64,000 bases of DNA from Deltaproteobacteria bacterium (GTDB taxonomy: Bacteria > Desulfobacterota > GWC2-55-46 > UBA9637), in contig JAUYHF010000014.1 in NCBI GenBank assembly GCA_030690165.1, forward strand, positions 34,257-98,256, given 5' to 3'. The notes beneath the pieces are model-generated. The model was not told the origin of the DNA, did not search any database, and saw nothing but the letters and a program-made list of their open reading frames with translations. Both the position numbers and the translations under genes were made by a program. Of this stretch, positions 31,923-43,961 are shown piece by piece. The stretch's first letter is position 1. Each line of letters opens with the position of its first letter.

Positions 31923-32161
31923 AAAAAGAGAAAGGAACTATGGCTTTAAAATCGGTACTGTCTGCGTGCAAACATGCACAGGCAGATGAATCTAAGGGTA
32001 AAGAGAGCCGGCCACCTATTTGCAAACAGCTACATACGGCTTAATCAACGCCCTTCGGGTTTTTGAAAAGAAAAAACATTAAATGGTGTGCGGCTGTTGC
32101 AACAGGGGGCATAGCATCAGGCAAAACCTTGTTGTTGAATGAGGAGGGACAGGAAATAAAA

Positions 32162-32245
32162 ATGTTAGGGGTAAAACAAGAAGTTATAAAGACGATTCAG
32201 TCCCTTCCAGTTGAAAAGCGGATGTCCAAACGGCTCTCAAAATAA
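32162..32245 (+). pseudogene. Possible antitoxin stub
   Basis: MLGVKQEVIKTIQSLP resembles the N-terminus of 59053-59241 (METVKQEVNNLLTRLP). Confidence 0.4.
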
Positions 32246-32341
32246 AGTGGTTCCCATTTTTCTATATCCTTCAATATATCTTCTTTACCAATAACTCCAA
32301 AAGTTAGATATAATAGCCTTTATACAGTAAGGAGGCCGCTT

Positions 32342-34078
32342 ATTTCCTGGCAACTTAAAAAAAAGGCAAAAGAACTTCTCTTAAAAGAGCAGGGAACCGT
32401 TTATAAGGAATGGGGCGGCAAGGTAAGCGTATGCCTTGTATATCCCAACTCATATTTCCTTGGGATGAGTAATCTTGGTTTTCAGGCAATCTATCATCTT
32501 TTAAACAGCCTTGATTATGTTGTGTGCGAAAGGGCATTTCTGCCTGATGACAAAGATATAGCAGAGTTTGAGAGAACCAGCACATCTCTTTTTTCATTAG
32601 AATCACAAAGACCCATTGCCGAATTTGACATTATTGCCTTTTCCATATCATTCGAAGAAGATTATCTTAATATCCTTAAAATCTTTGACCTTGCCAAAAT
32701 ACCTTTTTTATCATCTGCACGAAAAAGCGCACAACCATTGATTATGGCGGGCGGTGTTGCTGTATCTTTAAATCCTGAACCAATTGCGGATTTTTTTGAC
32801 ATATTTGCCATTGGCGAGGGCGAGGAATTTGTCGCGGAGTTTATAGATACCTTCAAAATAGCACAACTTAAAGCAAAGACAAAAGATGGGCTTCTTGAGG
32901 CGCTCGTTCCGGTAGAAGGTGTTTATATACCAAGCTTCTACAAGATTGTGTATCAGGGAAATTTCATAAAAGAGTTTACCCCTGTCAAAGGTTCTCCGGC
33001 AAAGGTAAAAAGCAGAAAAGTAAAAAGGCTTGATGCCTTTCCAGCGCCTTCTTCGCATATTCTTACAAAGGAAACGAACTTTAGCAACACCTATCTGGTT
33101 GAGGTAGAGCGGGGCTGCGGAAGGGGGTGCAGGTTCTGCGCAGCAGGTTTTGTTTATCTGCCGCCGCGGGAAAGGGAGCTAAACGGCTTAAAACAAGGGG
33201 TTTTAAATGGGATGGGGCTAACCCAAAAGGTTGGCTTGGTGGGTGCGGCTGTGTCTGAGTATTCAGACTTAAAGGCACTTTGCACAACAGTTATAGAAAA
33301 TAACGGCGAGATTACGCTCTCTTCTTTAAGGCTGGATGTTCTTGATGAAGAGCTCCTCAAACTTTTGAAAGAGGGCGGTTATAAGACTATTACCATAGCG
33401 CCGGAGGCTGGTTCAGAGAGATTAAGGGATGTCATAAATAAAAGTTTTTCTGAAAAGGACATTATAGAAGCTATAAACCTCATATCAGCATCAGGCATAC
33501 AAAAATTAAAACTCTATTTTATTATAGGCCTTCCAACAGAGACCCTTGATGATATAAATGCCATTACTGAGCTTACCTTACGGATAAAGTCTGCAATGCA
33601 AGGCGGGCTGATTACACTAAGTATTAATCCATTTATACCAAAGCCTATTACTCCGTTTCAGTGGTGCGCTTATGAGGATATAAAATCTTTAAAAAATAAA
33701 ATGGGTATAATTAAAAATGGGCTAAAAAATGAAAAAGGGATAAAAATTACTTCCCTTTCACTACGAGAGGGATATATCCAGACCCTTTTGTCTGTAGGAG
33801 ACAGGAGGATAGGTAAAATATTAGTTGATGCGTATAAAAACGGCTGGAAGGCTGCATTAAAAGGAGCAAAGTTTGATGCAGATTTCTATGTCGGAAGTAT
33901 ATGGAATATTTCTGAAGTACTCCCGTGGGATTTTATAGATACAGGGCTTAAAAAGGAATATCTTTGGAAGGAATACGGGTGTGCATTAAAAGGCAGGACA
34001 ACCCCGCCATGCCGGGGCACCCAAGCGGAACTTGGGTCGGGAAGATGTGTTAGATGCGGGGTGTGTTTTGAAAGATGA
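32342..34078 (+). CDS. B12-binding-domain-like radical SAM protein; probable ATT start
   Basis: YPNSYFLGMSNLG, RGCGRGCRFC, IAPEAGSERLR, C-terminal CxxCGVC; open frame extends to ATT 32342 behind AAGGAGG. Confidence 0.85.
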   Translation: MSWQLKKKAKELLLKEQGTVYKEWGGKVSVCLVYPNSYFLGMSNLGFQAIYHLLNSLDYVVCERAFLPDDKDIAEFERTSTSLFSLESQRPIAEFDIIAFSISFEEDYLNILKIFDLAKIPFLSSARKSAQPLIMAGGVAVSLNPEPIADFFDIFAIGEGEEFVAEFIDTFKIAQLKAKTKDGLLEALVPVEGVYIPSFYKIVYQGNFIKEFTPVKGSPAKVKSRKVKRLDAFPAPSSHILTKETNFSNTYLVEVERGCGRGCRFCAAGFVYLPPRERELNGLKQGVLNGMGLTQKVGLVGAAVSEYSDLKALCTTVIENNGEITLSSLRLDVLDEELLKLLKEGGYKTITIAPEAGSERLRDVINKSFSEKDIIEAINLISASGIQKLKLYFIIGLPTETLDDINAITELTLRIKSAMQGGLITLSINPFIPKPITPFQWCAYEDIKSLKNKMGIIKNGLKNEKGIKITSLSLREGYIQTLLSVGDRRIGKILVDAYKNGWKAALKGAKFDADFYVGSIWNISEVLPWDFIDTGLKKEYLWKEYGCALKGRTTPPCRGTQAELGSGRCVRCGVCFER

Positions 34079-34136
34079 TGGTGGGTGATTACATTCCCCT
34101 TTACATTTTTTCTTTGTTTTCTTAGAATAAAACACT

Positions 34137-34733
34137 ATGGGACTTAAAGAAGATCTGGATATACTTGATGTAAAGATAAACAAGCTTAAAGTAGACTATG
34201 AGCAGTATTTTGCAAAAGTTCTGAAAAAAGAACCCGCTGTCTTAAGAAATGAGATAGACCGTATTATTTTAAAATACAGCAACCAGCCTACCACCAACAC
34301 ATCCTTGAAATTCAGATATTCAACCCTTACCGCCAAATACACCTCTTACAAACAATTCTGGAACAGGATACTCCGGCGGATTGAGGATGGAAACTATGAG
34401 AGAGGCGCCGGATTTGGGGTAATATCACCTGCAGCGGCGGCAAATAGAGAACCCATGCAAGGGCCAGGAGCAACCCCAGCTTCTTCAGAAGGGCTCAAGA
34501 AAGAAATGCCGGACAGCGATAGCAGATTCAAGACTGTCTATCAGCAATTTATGGATGCGAAAAAAAGCTGTCAGGATACATCGGGGGATATGTCTTATGA
34601 AAAATTCACACAGGCCATTATTCAGCAGACAGAAAAGGTAAAAAAGGATATGAAATGTAGTGATGTGGAGTATAAGGTTGTTGTGAAAGATGGGAAGACC
34701 AAGATAACCCTTATACCGATAAGCAAGAAATAA
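34137..34733 (+). CDS. MXAN_5187 C-terminal domain-like protein
   Basis: LKVDYEQYF...FWNRILRRIEDG; C-terminal YKVVVKDGKTKI. Confidence 0.6.
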   Translation: MGLKEDLDILDVKINKLKVDYEQYFAKVLKKEPAVLRNEIDRIILKYSNQPTTNTSLKFRYSTLTAKYTSYKQFWNRILRRIEDGNYERGAGFGVISPAAAANREPMQGPGATPASSEGLKKEMPDSDSRFKTVYQQFMDAKKSCQDTSGDMSYEKFTQAIIQQTEKVKKDMKCSDVEYKVVVKDGKTKITLIPISKK

Positions 34734-34757
34734 TTGCAGGCTCGGTTTTAACTGTTG

Positions 34758-35030
34758 TCATCCCTGTTTTATCTCTTGAGAAATTGTTTCAGTAAGGATT
34801 GTCACCTTTGACTGATTTACCTCAGCATATCCCGCGCCTATAGCAATGCGGTTTGTATCCTTTCCGATTTTGTAACTAAGTTTGCCAGGCTTTAATATTG
34901 TAAGCAGCGGCGCATGACCTGTAAGCACGCCAAACTCGCCTTCGCTTCCGGGGGCTGTCATTTCCTCAACCTGTTCGGAAATAAAAAGTTTGTCAGGTGT
35001 GACTATTTCCAGTAAGAATGTGTCTGCCAT
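34758..35030 (-). CDS. atpC: ATP synthase epsilon subunit (short form)
   Basis: LEIVTPD, GEFGVLTGHAP. Confidence 0.93.
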   Translation of the reverse strand: MADTFLLEIVTPDKLFISEQVEEMTAPGSEGEFGVLTGHAPLLTILKPGKLSYKIGKDTNRIAIGAGYAEVNQSKVTILTETISQEIKQG

Positions 35031-35031
35031 G

Positions 35032-35073
35032 TTAGTTGATAGCTCATAGCTGATAGCAAATACTATGAGCTAT
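35032..35073. repeat. Inverted heptamer array (ATAGCTC/GAGCTAT) between atpD and atpC
   Basis: tgatagctcatagctgatagc...ctatgagctat. Confidence 0.75.
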
Positions 35074-35074
35074 T

Positions 35075-36579
<1,505 letters not shown>

Positions 36580-37440
36580 TTATCCTTTCAGCGCCTCTGC
36601 CCCTCCGATTATCTCCATCAATTCTTTTGTAATCGCCGCCTGGCGCAGTCTGTTGTATTTCAATGTAAGGCCTTCTATCATCTCTTTGGCATTCTTTGTC
36701 GCAGAGTCCATCGCAGCCATTCTTGCGCCGTGTTCGCTGGCTGCTGATTCCAGAAGCGCCATAAATATCTGTACCTCTATGTATTTTGGCAAGATATCGG
36801 CAAGGATTGCCTCCTGAGACGGCTCATAGATATATTCTGTGGCTTCTTCTTCGCTCTCTTTTGGAGATTCAATCGGCAGAAGCCTCTGGATTACAAGTTT
36901 CTGGCTCAACGCAGATTTAAATTCGCTGTATATGAGATATGTTTCATCAAATGTTTCCTTTATGTGTGAATCCACAATTTCTTTTGCAATCTCTGCGGCA
37001 GCGGTATACTTAGGCCTGCCTGAGCCGACAGGCCTCTCCTGTCTTATGGTTAAACCCCTGCGTTTGAAATAGTCCTTTGCTTTTTTGCCTATAAGATTAA
37101 GGGTTATCCCGGTATTGTCAGTATTTTTTCTTATGAAACCTTCCGAGCCCCTTATTATATTGCTGTTAAAGCCGCCGCACAATCCTCTGTCTGATGTAAC
37201 AATAACAAGTTCCACCCTTCCACCCCCCTTTTTTGAGAGCAGGGGATGCGCATCAGGCCTGACCCTTGAAGCCAGGCTGTTGATGATATCCAGCATCTTT
37301 TGCGAATAAGGACGCGCTGCAATGATATCGTCATGGGCGCGCTTCAACTTTGCGGCAGCAACCATCTTCATTGCCTTTGTAATTTGCTGGGTGTTTTTTA
37401 CACTCTTTATTCTGCGTTTTATGTCTTTTAAGCTGGGCAT
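36580..37440 (-). CDS. atpG: ATP synthase gamma subunit
   Basis: ITKAMKMVAAAK, SDRGLCG, RQAAITKEL. Confidence 0.97.
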   Translation of the reverse strand: MPSLKDIKRRIKSVKNTQQITKAMKMVAAAKLKRAHDDIIAARPYSQKMLDIINSLASRVRPDAHPLLSKKGGGRVELVIVTSDRGLCGGFNSNIIRGSEGFIRKNTDNTGITLNLIGKKAKDYFKRRGLTIRQERPVGSGRPKYTAAAEIAKEIVDSHIKETFDETYLIYSEFKSALSQKLVIQRLLPIESPKESEEEATEYIYEPSQEAILADILPKYIEVQIFMALLESAASEHGARMAAMDSATKNAKEMIEGLTLKYNRLRQAAITKELMEIIGGAEALKG

Positions 37441-37447
37441 AATAAAT

Positions 37448-37497
37448 ACAGGTTATAGGTTATAGGCTATAGGTTTTCCCATTGCCTATAGCCTGTT
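37448..37497. repeat. Inverted heptamer array (AGGTTAT/ATAGCCT) between atpA and atpG
   Basis: acaggttataggttataggctatagg...cctatagcctgt. Confidence 0.8.
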
Positions 37498-37498
37498 T

Positions 37499-39004
37499 TT
37501 AAGCTACAAACAATACCTTAAAGTCATCCAGCGTCTTAGTAAGTTTTGGCTTAATGGCATCGTCTATTGCCTTTTTTTCCTTAAGCTCTTTAATCAGTTC
37601 AGGGTGTTTTGTGTCAAAGAATGTATAAAGCTCTTCTTCGTATTTTTTGAGCGCTGCAACAGGATAACCGTCCACATAGCCATTTGTTGCGGCAAAAATA
37701 ATCAATACCTGCTTTTCAACAGGCAGGGGTTTATACTGCCCCTGCTTCAATATCTCAACAAGCCGTGAGCCTCTCGCAAGCTGTCTCTGTGTTGCGACAT
37801 CAAGATCGCTTCCGAACTGCGCAAATGCCGCAAGCTCCCTGTATTGTGCAAGTTCAAGCCTGAGCGTACCTGCCACCTGTTTCATTGCCTTTACCTGCGC
37901 GCTTCCGCCAACACGGGAAACCGAGAGGCCGACATTTATTGCAGGCCTTACGCCGGCATAAAAGAGATCTGTCTCAAGATATATCTGGCCGTCTGTAATG
38001 GATATGACATTAGTCGGAATGTATGCGGATACATCGCCTGACTGGGTTTCAATAATAGGAAGCGCTGTTAAAGAGCCACCGCCAAGCTCATCCTTTAATT
38101 TAGCAGCCCTCTCAAGTAGTCTTGAGTGAAGATAGAATACATCGCCCGGATAAGCCTCTCTGCCCGGCGGCCTTCTCAAAAGAAGGGACAATTGTCTGTA
38201 TGCAACAGCATGTTTTGAAAGGTCATCATATATTATAAGCGCATGTTTTCCGTTATCTCTGAAATGTTCGCTGATGGTGCATCCTGTATAAGGCGCTATA
38301 AATTGAAGCGGCGCTGCTTCGCTTGCTGTTGCGGAAACAACCAAGGTATAATCCATTGCGCCGGACTGTTTAAGCTTTTCAACCACCTGCGCAACAGTGG
38401 ATTGTTTCTGTCCTATAGCAACATAGATGCAGAATACACCCTGGCCTTTCTGGTTTATTATTGTGTCTATGGCAACCGCTGTCTTTCCGGTCTGTCTGTC
38501 GCCGATTATCAGTTCCCTCTGCCCCCTGCCAATAGGTATCATGCCGTCTATCGCCTTGATACCTGTCTGGAGCGGCTCTTTAACAGGCTTTCTGTCAACT
38601 ATGCCCCTTGCCTTAACTTCAACGCGCCGCGTGGTTTGTGCCTCTAATGGCCCCTTGCCGTCTATTGGAACACCGAGGGCATTTATAACCCTTCCCATAA
38701 GTCCTTCGCCTACAGGAACTTCCACGATTTTGCCTGTCCTCTTAACTACATCCCCTTCCTTAATCTTATAATCCTCTCCGAAAATGGCTGCGCCGACATT
38801 GTCCGCTTCCAGATTTAAAACCATGCCGCGTATATTATGCGGGAATTCCAAAAGCTCGCCTGCCATTGCCTTTTCAAGGCCATAGATTCTGGCAATGCCG
38901 TCCCCAACCGATATAACAGTTCCGACCTCTTTTACATCTATTGCCTTCTCGAACCCTTTAATTTGAGTTTTAATAAGCTGACTTATTTCTTCTGCCTTAA
39001 TCAT
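37499..39004 (-). CDS. atpA: ATP synthase alpha subunit
   Basis: [20 protein letters not shown]. Confidence 0.98.
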   Translation of the reverse strand: MIKAEEISQLIKTQIKGFEKAIDVKEVGTVISVGDGIARIYGLEKAMAGELLEFPHNIRGMVLNLEADNVGAAIFGEDYKIKEGDVVKRTGKIVEVPVGEGLMGRVINALGVPIDGKGPLEAQTTRRVEVKARGIVDRKPVKEPLQTGIKAIDGMIPIGRGQRELIIGDRQTGKTAVAIDTIINQKGQGVFCIYVAIGQKQSTVAQVVEKLKQSGAMDYTLVVSATASEAAPLQFIAPYTGCTISEHFRDNGKHALIIYDDLSKHAVAYRQLSLLLRRPPGREAYPGDVFYLHSRLLERAAKLKDELGGGSLTALPIIETQSGDVSAYIPTNVISITDGQIYLETDLFYAGVRPAINVGLSVSRVGGSAQVKAMKQVAGTLRLELAQYRELAAFAQFGSDLDVATQRQLARGSRLVEILKQGQYKPLPVEKQVLIIFAATNGYVDGYPVAALKKYEEELYTFFDTKHPELIKELKEKKAIDDAIKPKLTKTLDDFKVLFVA

Positions 39005-39005
39005 A

Positions 39006-39554
39006 TCAAATCACCCCTTGTATTATTTTTTCTTTAACCCTTTCCAACTGGGTTTTTATGCTTCCGTCCAGTATGGTGTTTCCAATCCGAAAAACAAGTC
39101 CGCCGATAAGCGCGGGGGTTTTTTCAACCGTAAGAATAATCTCTTTGTTGGTCAATTGATGAAGCTTTTTAGTAATTTCATCAATACGATTTTTATCCAG
39201 ATCTGCGGCTGATTCCACGGTTACCTTTATTCTGCCTGACAATTCATCTTCCAATATGGAATATGCGGCGTTTATATCTTCAATTATTCCTATGCCTCTA
39301 TTCTTTGTTAAAATGGCTAAAAATCTTTTAACAGTATCGGAGATTTCTAATACATCCCCCACCTTTCTTATAAGGCCGTGTCTATCTTCCAATTTATACA
39401 TTGGATTGAGGGCAAATCTCTTGAATTCAGGGTTAGCGGTAAATACAGTTGAAATATCCCTCAACTCTCTGCCTATTTCCTTATATCTCTTTTCCTCTTG
39501 CCCCAGTTCAATCAGGGCCTTTGCATATCTTTTAGCAACAGCGCTTTTTTTCAT
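39006..39554 (-). CDS. atpH: ATP synthase delta subunit
   Basis: [12 protein letters not shown]...DGSIK. Confidence 0.93.
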   Translation of the reverse strand: MKKSAVAKRYAKALIELGQEEKRYKEIGRELRDISTVFTANPEFKRFALNPMYKLEDRHGLIRKVGDVLEISDTVKRFLAILTKNRGIGIIEDINAAYSILEDELSGRIKVTVESAADLDKNRIDEITKKLHQLTNKEIILTVEKTPALIGGLVFRIGNTILDGSIKTQLERVKEKIIQGVI

Positions 39555-39593
39555 AATTATGCCATAATCGCACGAATAAATTCGTGCCGTTTG

Positions 39594-40190
39594 TTAATGC
39601 AGTCTGACCTTTTCCAGATACTCCTTTATAAGCCTTTCATGGTCAGCGGCGCTAAGTTCGCCCCGCAGTATTTCTTCTGCCATCTCAACTGCCACCTTCG
39701 CAATCTCTCCCTTAATCTCTTCCATTGCCTTCTTAATCTCCTGTTCTGCCGCAAGTCTTGCCTGTTCTTGTATCCTGTCAGATAGCTTAATAGCCTCTTC
39801 TATAATTCTTTTCTTTTCAATCTCTCCTTCTTCCATTATCTCCTGATAAATCTCTTCTATCCTTTTGTCAAGAGAACTGAATTTCAGTTCAAACTCCTTT
39901 ACCTTTCTTTCAGCATCTTCCTTTGCCTTTTTAGCCTCTTCCAATTCGACAATTATTGACTTCTTTCTATCGGCAAAAAAATCTTTTACCTTGAAATACC
40001 TAAGCATTAAAAATAGCGCCAGAGCAAGTATTGCGAAGTTCACAATACGCCATACCATGCCGCTTTCGCCGCCATGCCCGCCTTCTTCAGCGGCAAGAAC
40101 CGGAGAGGCAATAAACAGCAGACAGTAGACAGCAGACCGTAAACAGTTCAATAAAATTTGAAATTTGAAATTTGAAATTTGAAATTTCAT
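39594..40190 (-). CDS. atpF: ATP synthase subunit b
   Basis: WRIVNF TM plus coiled coil; start at ATG 40190; N-terminus built from heptamer repeats. Confidence 0.88.
   Translation of the reverse strand: MKFQISNFKFQILLNCLRSAVYCLLFIASPVLAAEEGGHGGESGMVWRIVNFAILALALFLMLRYFKVKDFFADRKKSIIVELEEAKKAKEDAERKVKEFELKFSSLDKRIEEIYQEIMEEGEIEKKRIIEEAIKLSDRIQEQARLAAEQEIKKAMEEIKGEIAKVAVEMAEEILRGELSAADHERLIKEYLEKVRLH
40115..40189 (-). repeat. Two heptamer arrays (AAATTTC; TGCTGTC type) in the atpF leader
   Basis: Encode MKFQISNFKFQ and CLRSAVYCLL. Confidence 0.85.
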
Positions 40191-40191
40191 T

Positions 40192-40620
40192 CTATGCCAC
40201 CTTTCGGTTAAGAATCTTTTCTGCAATATCCTTTGAGATTGTTTTGCTTTCCTCTTTGAGGCGGGAGAGCGCAGACTTTGCCTCCTCTTTGAGTTTTGTT
40301 TTTGCCTCCAGAAATCCGGACTGAGAGTTTTTCCTTGCATTCTCAAGGATCTCCTGCTCTTTATCAAGCCCTTCCTGTTTGAGACGGAGCCGTTCCTCCT
40401 GAGCCTTTACCCTCGGCTCATTGAGCCGGTTCTCGTAGTCCAGAAGCCTTTTCCGAAGCCCTGCTTCTAAATCTAATGCCTCTTTCTTTTTCCCTTCTCC
40501 CTTCTTATACCGTTCTTCAAGGGTCTTAAGAACAGGCTTGTATAAAAGGGTATTCAGAATGAAATAAAGGGCGATAAACCCCGCAATCTGATATAAAAAT
40601 GTAATATCTATGTCTATCAT
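40192..40620 (-). CDS. atpF2: ATP synthase subunit b'
   Basis: TFLYQIAGF...LLYKPVLKTLEER plus coiled coil. Confidence 0.85.
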   Translation of the reverse strand: MIDIDITFLYQIAGFIALYFILNTLLYKPVLKTLEERYKKGEGKKKEALDLEAGLRKRLLDYENRLNEPRVKAQEERLRLKQEGLDKEQEILENARKNSQSGFLEAKTKLKEEAKSALSRLKEESKTISKDIAEKILNRKVA

Positions 40621-40743
40621 GTAAAATTACCCCCTAATCAAATTAGGGTATACTTAAAATTAGTTATTGCTATCATACAGAAAGAGATTTTGTCAAGGAT
40701 AATTTTATTTAATATGTATTTAATACACAAGAATATTTTCTCC

Positions 40744-40778
40744 TTGACACAACTACTGTTTCTGTATACAGTATACAA
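40744..40778 (+). promoter_or_regulatory. Promoter of the mdh operon with overlapping GTATAC (GntR/FadR-like) operator
   Basis: TTGACA-N17-TACAGT; CTGTATACAG followed by a second GTATAC. Confidence 0.55.
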
Positions 40779-40871
40779 TATGGCGTTGGCGATATTGTTT
40801 CGTTTTTGCGTATGCCGCTTACAGCGTTACGCTATGACGCCATAACCCTAATAACGCAAGCAGGAGGCGAT

Positions 40872-41801
40872 ATGGCCCGTAAGAAAATAACCATTGTTGG
40901 CGCAGGCAATGTTGGCGCCCATGCCGCTGTATGGGCGGCGATAAAAGAGCTCGGCGATATTGTCTTAATAGATGTTGTGGCGGGTGTGCCGCAGGGCAAA
41001 GGACTTGACTTAACGGAGGCATCGCCTGTTGAGGGTTTTGACTCAAGGATCCTGGGGACTAATGATTACAAGGATACAGCAAATTCGGATATTGTAATCA
41101 TTACAGCAGGCATGGCAAGAAAACCCGGGATGAGCAGGAGCGATTTAATAAATACAAACACAGGGATTGTGAAAGGTGTTACGGAGCAGATTGCCAAGCA
41201 TTCTCCAAATGCCATTATAATAGTTGTTACAAACCCGCTTGATGTCATGGTCTATGTTGCATGGAAGGTGAGCGGTTTCCCGCATAACAGGGTTATCGGT
41301 CTTTCAGGCGCGCTTGATGCAGCAAGGCTTAAGACATTTATTGCCATGGAGCTGAATGTATCTGTTGAAGATATAAGCGCAATGGTTATCGGCGGCCATG
41401 CGGATGAGATGGTACCGCTTCCGAGATACTCCACTGTTTCAGGTATTCCAATCGGCCAGTTAATCTCAAAAAACAGGATTGATGCCATAATGGAAAGGAC
41501 AAAGAAGGCAGGTAGTGAAATAGTTGGACTATTAAAGACAGGGAGCGCATTCTATGCGCCCTCTGCAGCTGTTATAGAGATGGCAGAATCCATAATAAGG
41601 GATAAGAAGAGGGTAATCCCCTGCGCAGCGTACTGCAACGGCAAATACGGCGTGAACGGCATATTTATTGGCGTTCCTGTGAAACTGGGAAGCGACGGCG
41701 TTGAGGATATTATTGAGATTGAACTGAGTAAAGAGGAATGGACTCAATTTGGCAATTCAGTTTCAGTGATTAAGAAATTGATTGAGGAAATAAAGATATA
41801 A
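40872..41801 (+). CDS. mdh: Malate dehydrogenase (LDH-like)
   Basis: [31 protein letters not shown]. Confidence 0.95.
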   Translation: MARKKITIVGAGNVGAHAAVWAAIKELGDIVLIDVVAGVPQGKGLDLTEASPVEGFDSRILGTNDYKDTANSDIVIITAGMARKPGMSRSDLINTNTGIVKGVTEQIAKHSPNAIIIVVTNPLDVMVYVAWKVSGFPHNRVIGLSGALDAARLKTFIAMELNVSVEDISAMVIGGHADEMVPLPRYSTVSGIPIGQLISKNRIDAIMERTKKAGSEIVGLLKTGSAFYAPSAAVIEMAESIIRDKKRVIPCAAYCNGKYGVNGIFIGVPVKLGSDGVEDIIEIELSKEEWTQFGNSVSVIKKLIEEIKI

Positions 41802-41818
41802 CCCCTGTCTTAAATATT

Positions 41819-42655
41819 ATGCGAAAAATCTCTACGCTCGATATAACTTCAAAAGTTAAAGAACTTTGCATAAAGGCTGCGTGTGAACTTGGCATGGATG
41901 TTGTGTTTGCATTGAAAGAATTCAAGGGAAGGGAGGAATCTCCTTTGGGCAAAGAGGTGCTTGACCAGATTCTTGAAAATGCCCAGATTGCCCTGAGGGA
42001 AGATGCGCCCATGTGCCAGGATACGGGTATTGCAGTATTTTTTGTTGAAATGGGCAGGGATGCAATAATTGACGGCGGGTTGGAGGATGCAATAAACGAA
42101 GGAGTGCGGCAAGGATATAAAGAAGGTTATCTTAGAAAGTCTGTTTGCCATCCACTCACAAGGAAGAATACAGGGGATAATACACCTGCCATAATCCACA
42201 CGAGGATTGTAGAGGGTGACAGGCTCAAGATAACAATAGCGCCAAAGGGCGCAGGCAGTGAAAACATGAGCAGGCTTGCCATGCTCAAGCCGTCTCAGGG
42301 CTTGCAGGGTATAAAGGATTTTGTGATAAACACAGTGAAAGAGGCCGGTGGAAATCCATGTCCTCCGATTATTGTCGGTATCGGTATTGGCGGGAATTTT
42401 GAAAAAAGCGCACTTCTCGCAAAAGAGGCGCTTTTAAGAAATATCGGAACACCAAATCCTGAGAGGGAATTGGATGTCCTTGAAAAGGAATTATTGGAGA
42501 AGATAAATAATCTCGGCATAGGGCCGATGGGTTTTGGCGGAAGGACAACAGCCTTGGCAGTTCATATAAAAACAGCGCCATGCCATATTGCAAGCCTGCC
42601 TGTTGCAGTGAATATACAATGCCATGCGGCAAGGCATAAGGAGGCAGTAATATAA
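41819..42655 (+). CDS. fumA: Class I fumarate hydratase, alpha subunit
   Basis: MCQDTG, KGAGSEN, GGNPCPP, QCHAARH; context favours fumarase over tartrate dehydratase. Confidence 0.88.
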   Translation: MRKISTLDITSKVKELCIKAACELGMDVVFALKEFKGREESPLGKEVLDQILENAQIALREDAPMCQDTGIAVFFVEMGRDAIIDGGLEDAINEGVRQGYKEGYLRKSVCHPLTRKNTGDNTPAIIHTRIVEGDRLKITIAPKGAGSENMSRLAMLKPSQGLQGIKDFVINTVKEAGGNPCPPIIVGIGIGGNFEKSALLAKEALLRNIGTPNPERELDVLEKELLEKINNLGIGPMGFGGRTTALAVHIKTAPCHIASLPVAVNIQCHAARHKEAVI

Positions 42656-42754
42656 AAAATTGTAAATTGAAGATTGCAAATTGCAAAGTTAAAAGAACTG
42701 CGCAATTTACAATTTGCATTTTTCAATCTTCATTTTGCAATGGAGCAAGGCGAC
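42656..42754 (+). repeat. ~100-bp heptamer junction element, copy 3 (fumA-fumB)
   Basis: AAATTGTAAATTGAAGATTGCAAATTG...TTTTGCAATGGAGCAAGGCGAC-ATG. Confidence 0.9.
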
Positions 42755-43315
42755 ATGACTCACCCAATCAAAATAACCCCGCCCCTTACTGATAAGGATG
42801 TAGAAAAACTTAAGTCAGGGGATAAAGTCTTGATAACCGGTGTTCTTTACACTGCAAGGGATGCCGCGCACAAGAGGCTTATAGAGCTTTTAGATAAGGG
42901 CGAAAAGCTCCCTTTTGATATAAAAGGACAGTTAATCTATTATGTGGGGCCTACACCGGCAAAACCAGGGCAGGTCATAGGCTCTGTAGGACCTACAACA
43001 AGCGGAAGGATGGATGTATATACACCTAAACTTTTAGAACTTGGGTTAAAAGGGACAATCGGCAAGGGACAACGTTCGGCAGAGGTAGTTGATGCGATGA
43101 ATAAGCACAAGGCTGTTTATCTTGCGGCAGTGGGCGGTGCAGCAGCGCTGATTGCAAAGACCATTAAAAAGGCGGAGATTATTGCGTACGAGGATTTGGG
43201 GCCGGAGGCGATCAGAAGGCTTGAGGTTGTAGATTTTCCGGCAATTGTTGTGAATGATATTTTCGGAAATGATTTGTTTAAGATTGGTGTTGAAAGGTAT
43301 AAGAAGGTCGAATAG
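42755..43315 (+). CDS. fumB: Class I fumarate hydratase, beta subunit
   Basis: TARDAAHKR, GPTTSGRMD, DLGPEAI; start at ATG 42755. Confidence 0.9.
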   Translation: MTHPIKITPPLTDKDVEKLKSGDKVLITGVLYTARDAAHKRLIELLDKGEKLPFDIKGQLIYYVGPTPAKPGQVIGSVGPTTSGRMDVYTPKLLELGLKGTIGKGQRSAEVVDAMNKHKAVYLAAVGGAAALIAKTIKKAEIIAYEDLGPEAIRRLEVVDFPAIVVNDIFGNDLFKIGVERYKKVE

Positions 43316-43340
43316 TATAAAATTAACAAAAGGAGGATTT

Positions 43341-43934
43341 ATGCGCAAAGGTATAATATTTTGTCTTTTATTCGTAGTGTTGGTTCACCTGTCCGGAATT
43401 GCCTATGCCGCCCATGGGTTTGAAGTTGAATTTTCAGCAGATGTTATCGAAATATACTCAAAAGATCCGAGTAAGAATTTTAAAGGGACGATGTATGTCG
43501 GCAATGACATTATACGGAAGGATTTTTTCTATGATAACTTGCCGGCAGTGATGATTTTGGATCTTGTTAAACAAACTGCCACTATGCTGATGCCGTATGC
43601 AAAAACATATATTATGATGACGAAGAAGGATATGGAGGCTCTGTTTGGCCATGTCATAGGTCATTTACCTAATGCGTTATCTAACGGCCCATGTGCTGGA
43701 AGAAGTGATTTGATATGCCGGGAAATTGGCCAAGAAAAATTAGACGACAGAGATACTGAAAAATGGGAGGTCAAATCCCAGACAGGTGTTGTATATCAGT
43801 GGGTAGATCACAGGCTTAGGGTTACTATCCGAGAAGAATTCTCTGACCACATATATGAACTGCGCAATATTAAGGAAGGTCATCAGCCTGATAATCTGTT
43901 TCAGATCCCTGCTGGATATAAAAGGATACAGTAA
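43341..43934 (+). CDS. Exported protein, DUF4412-like
   Basis: Signal peptide, FSAD N-motif, C-terminal LFQIPAGY. Confidence 0.65.
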   Translation: MRKGIIFCLLFVVLVHLSGIAYAAHGFEVEFSADVIEIYSKDPSKNFKGTMYVGNDIIRKDFFYDNLPAVMILDLVKQTATMLMPYAKTYIMMTKKDMEALFGHVIGHLPNALSNGPCAGRSDLICREIGQEKLDDRDTEKWEVKSQTGVVYQWVDHRLRVTIREEFSDHIYELRNIKEGHQPDNLFQIPAGYKRIQ

Positions 43935-43961
43935 CCTAAAACAAATCAGGGTACACATATT

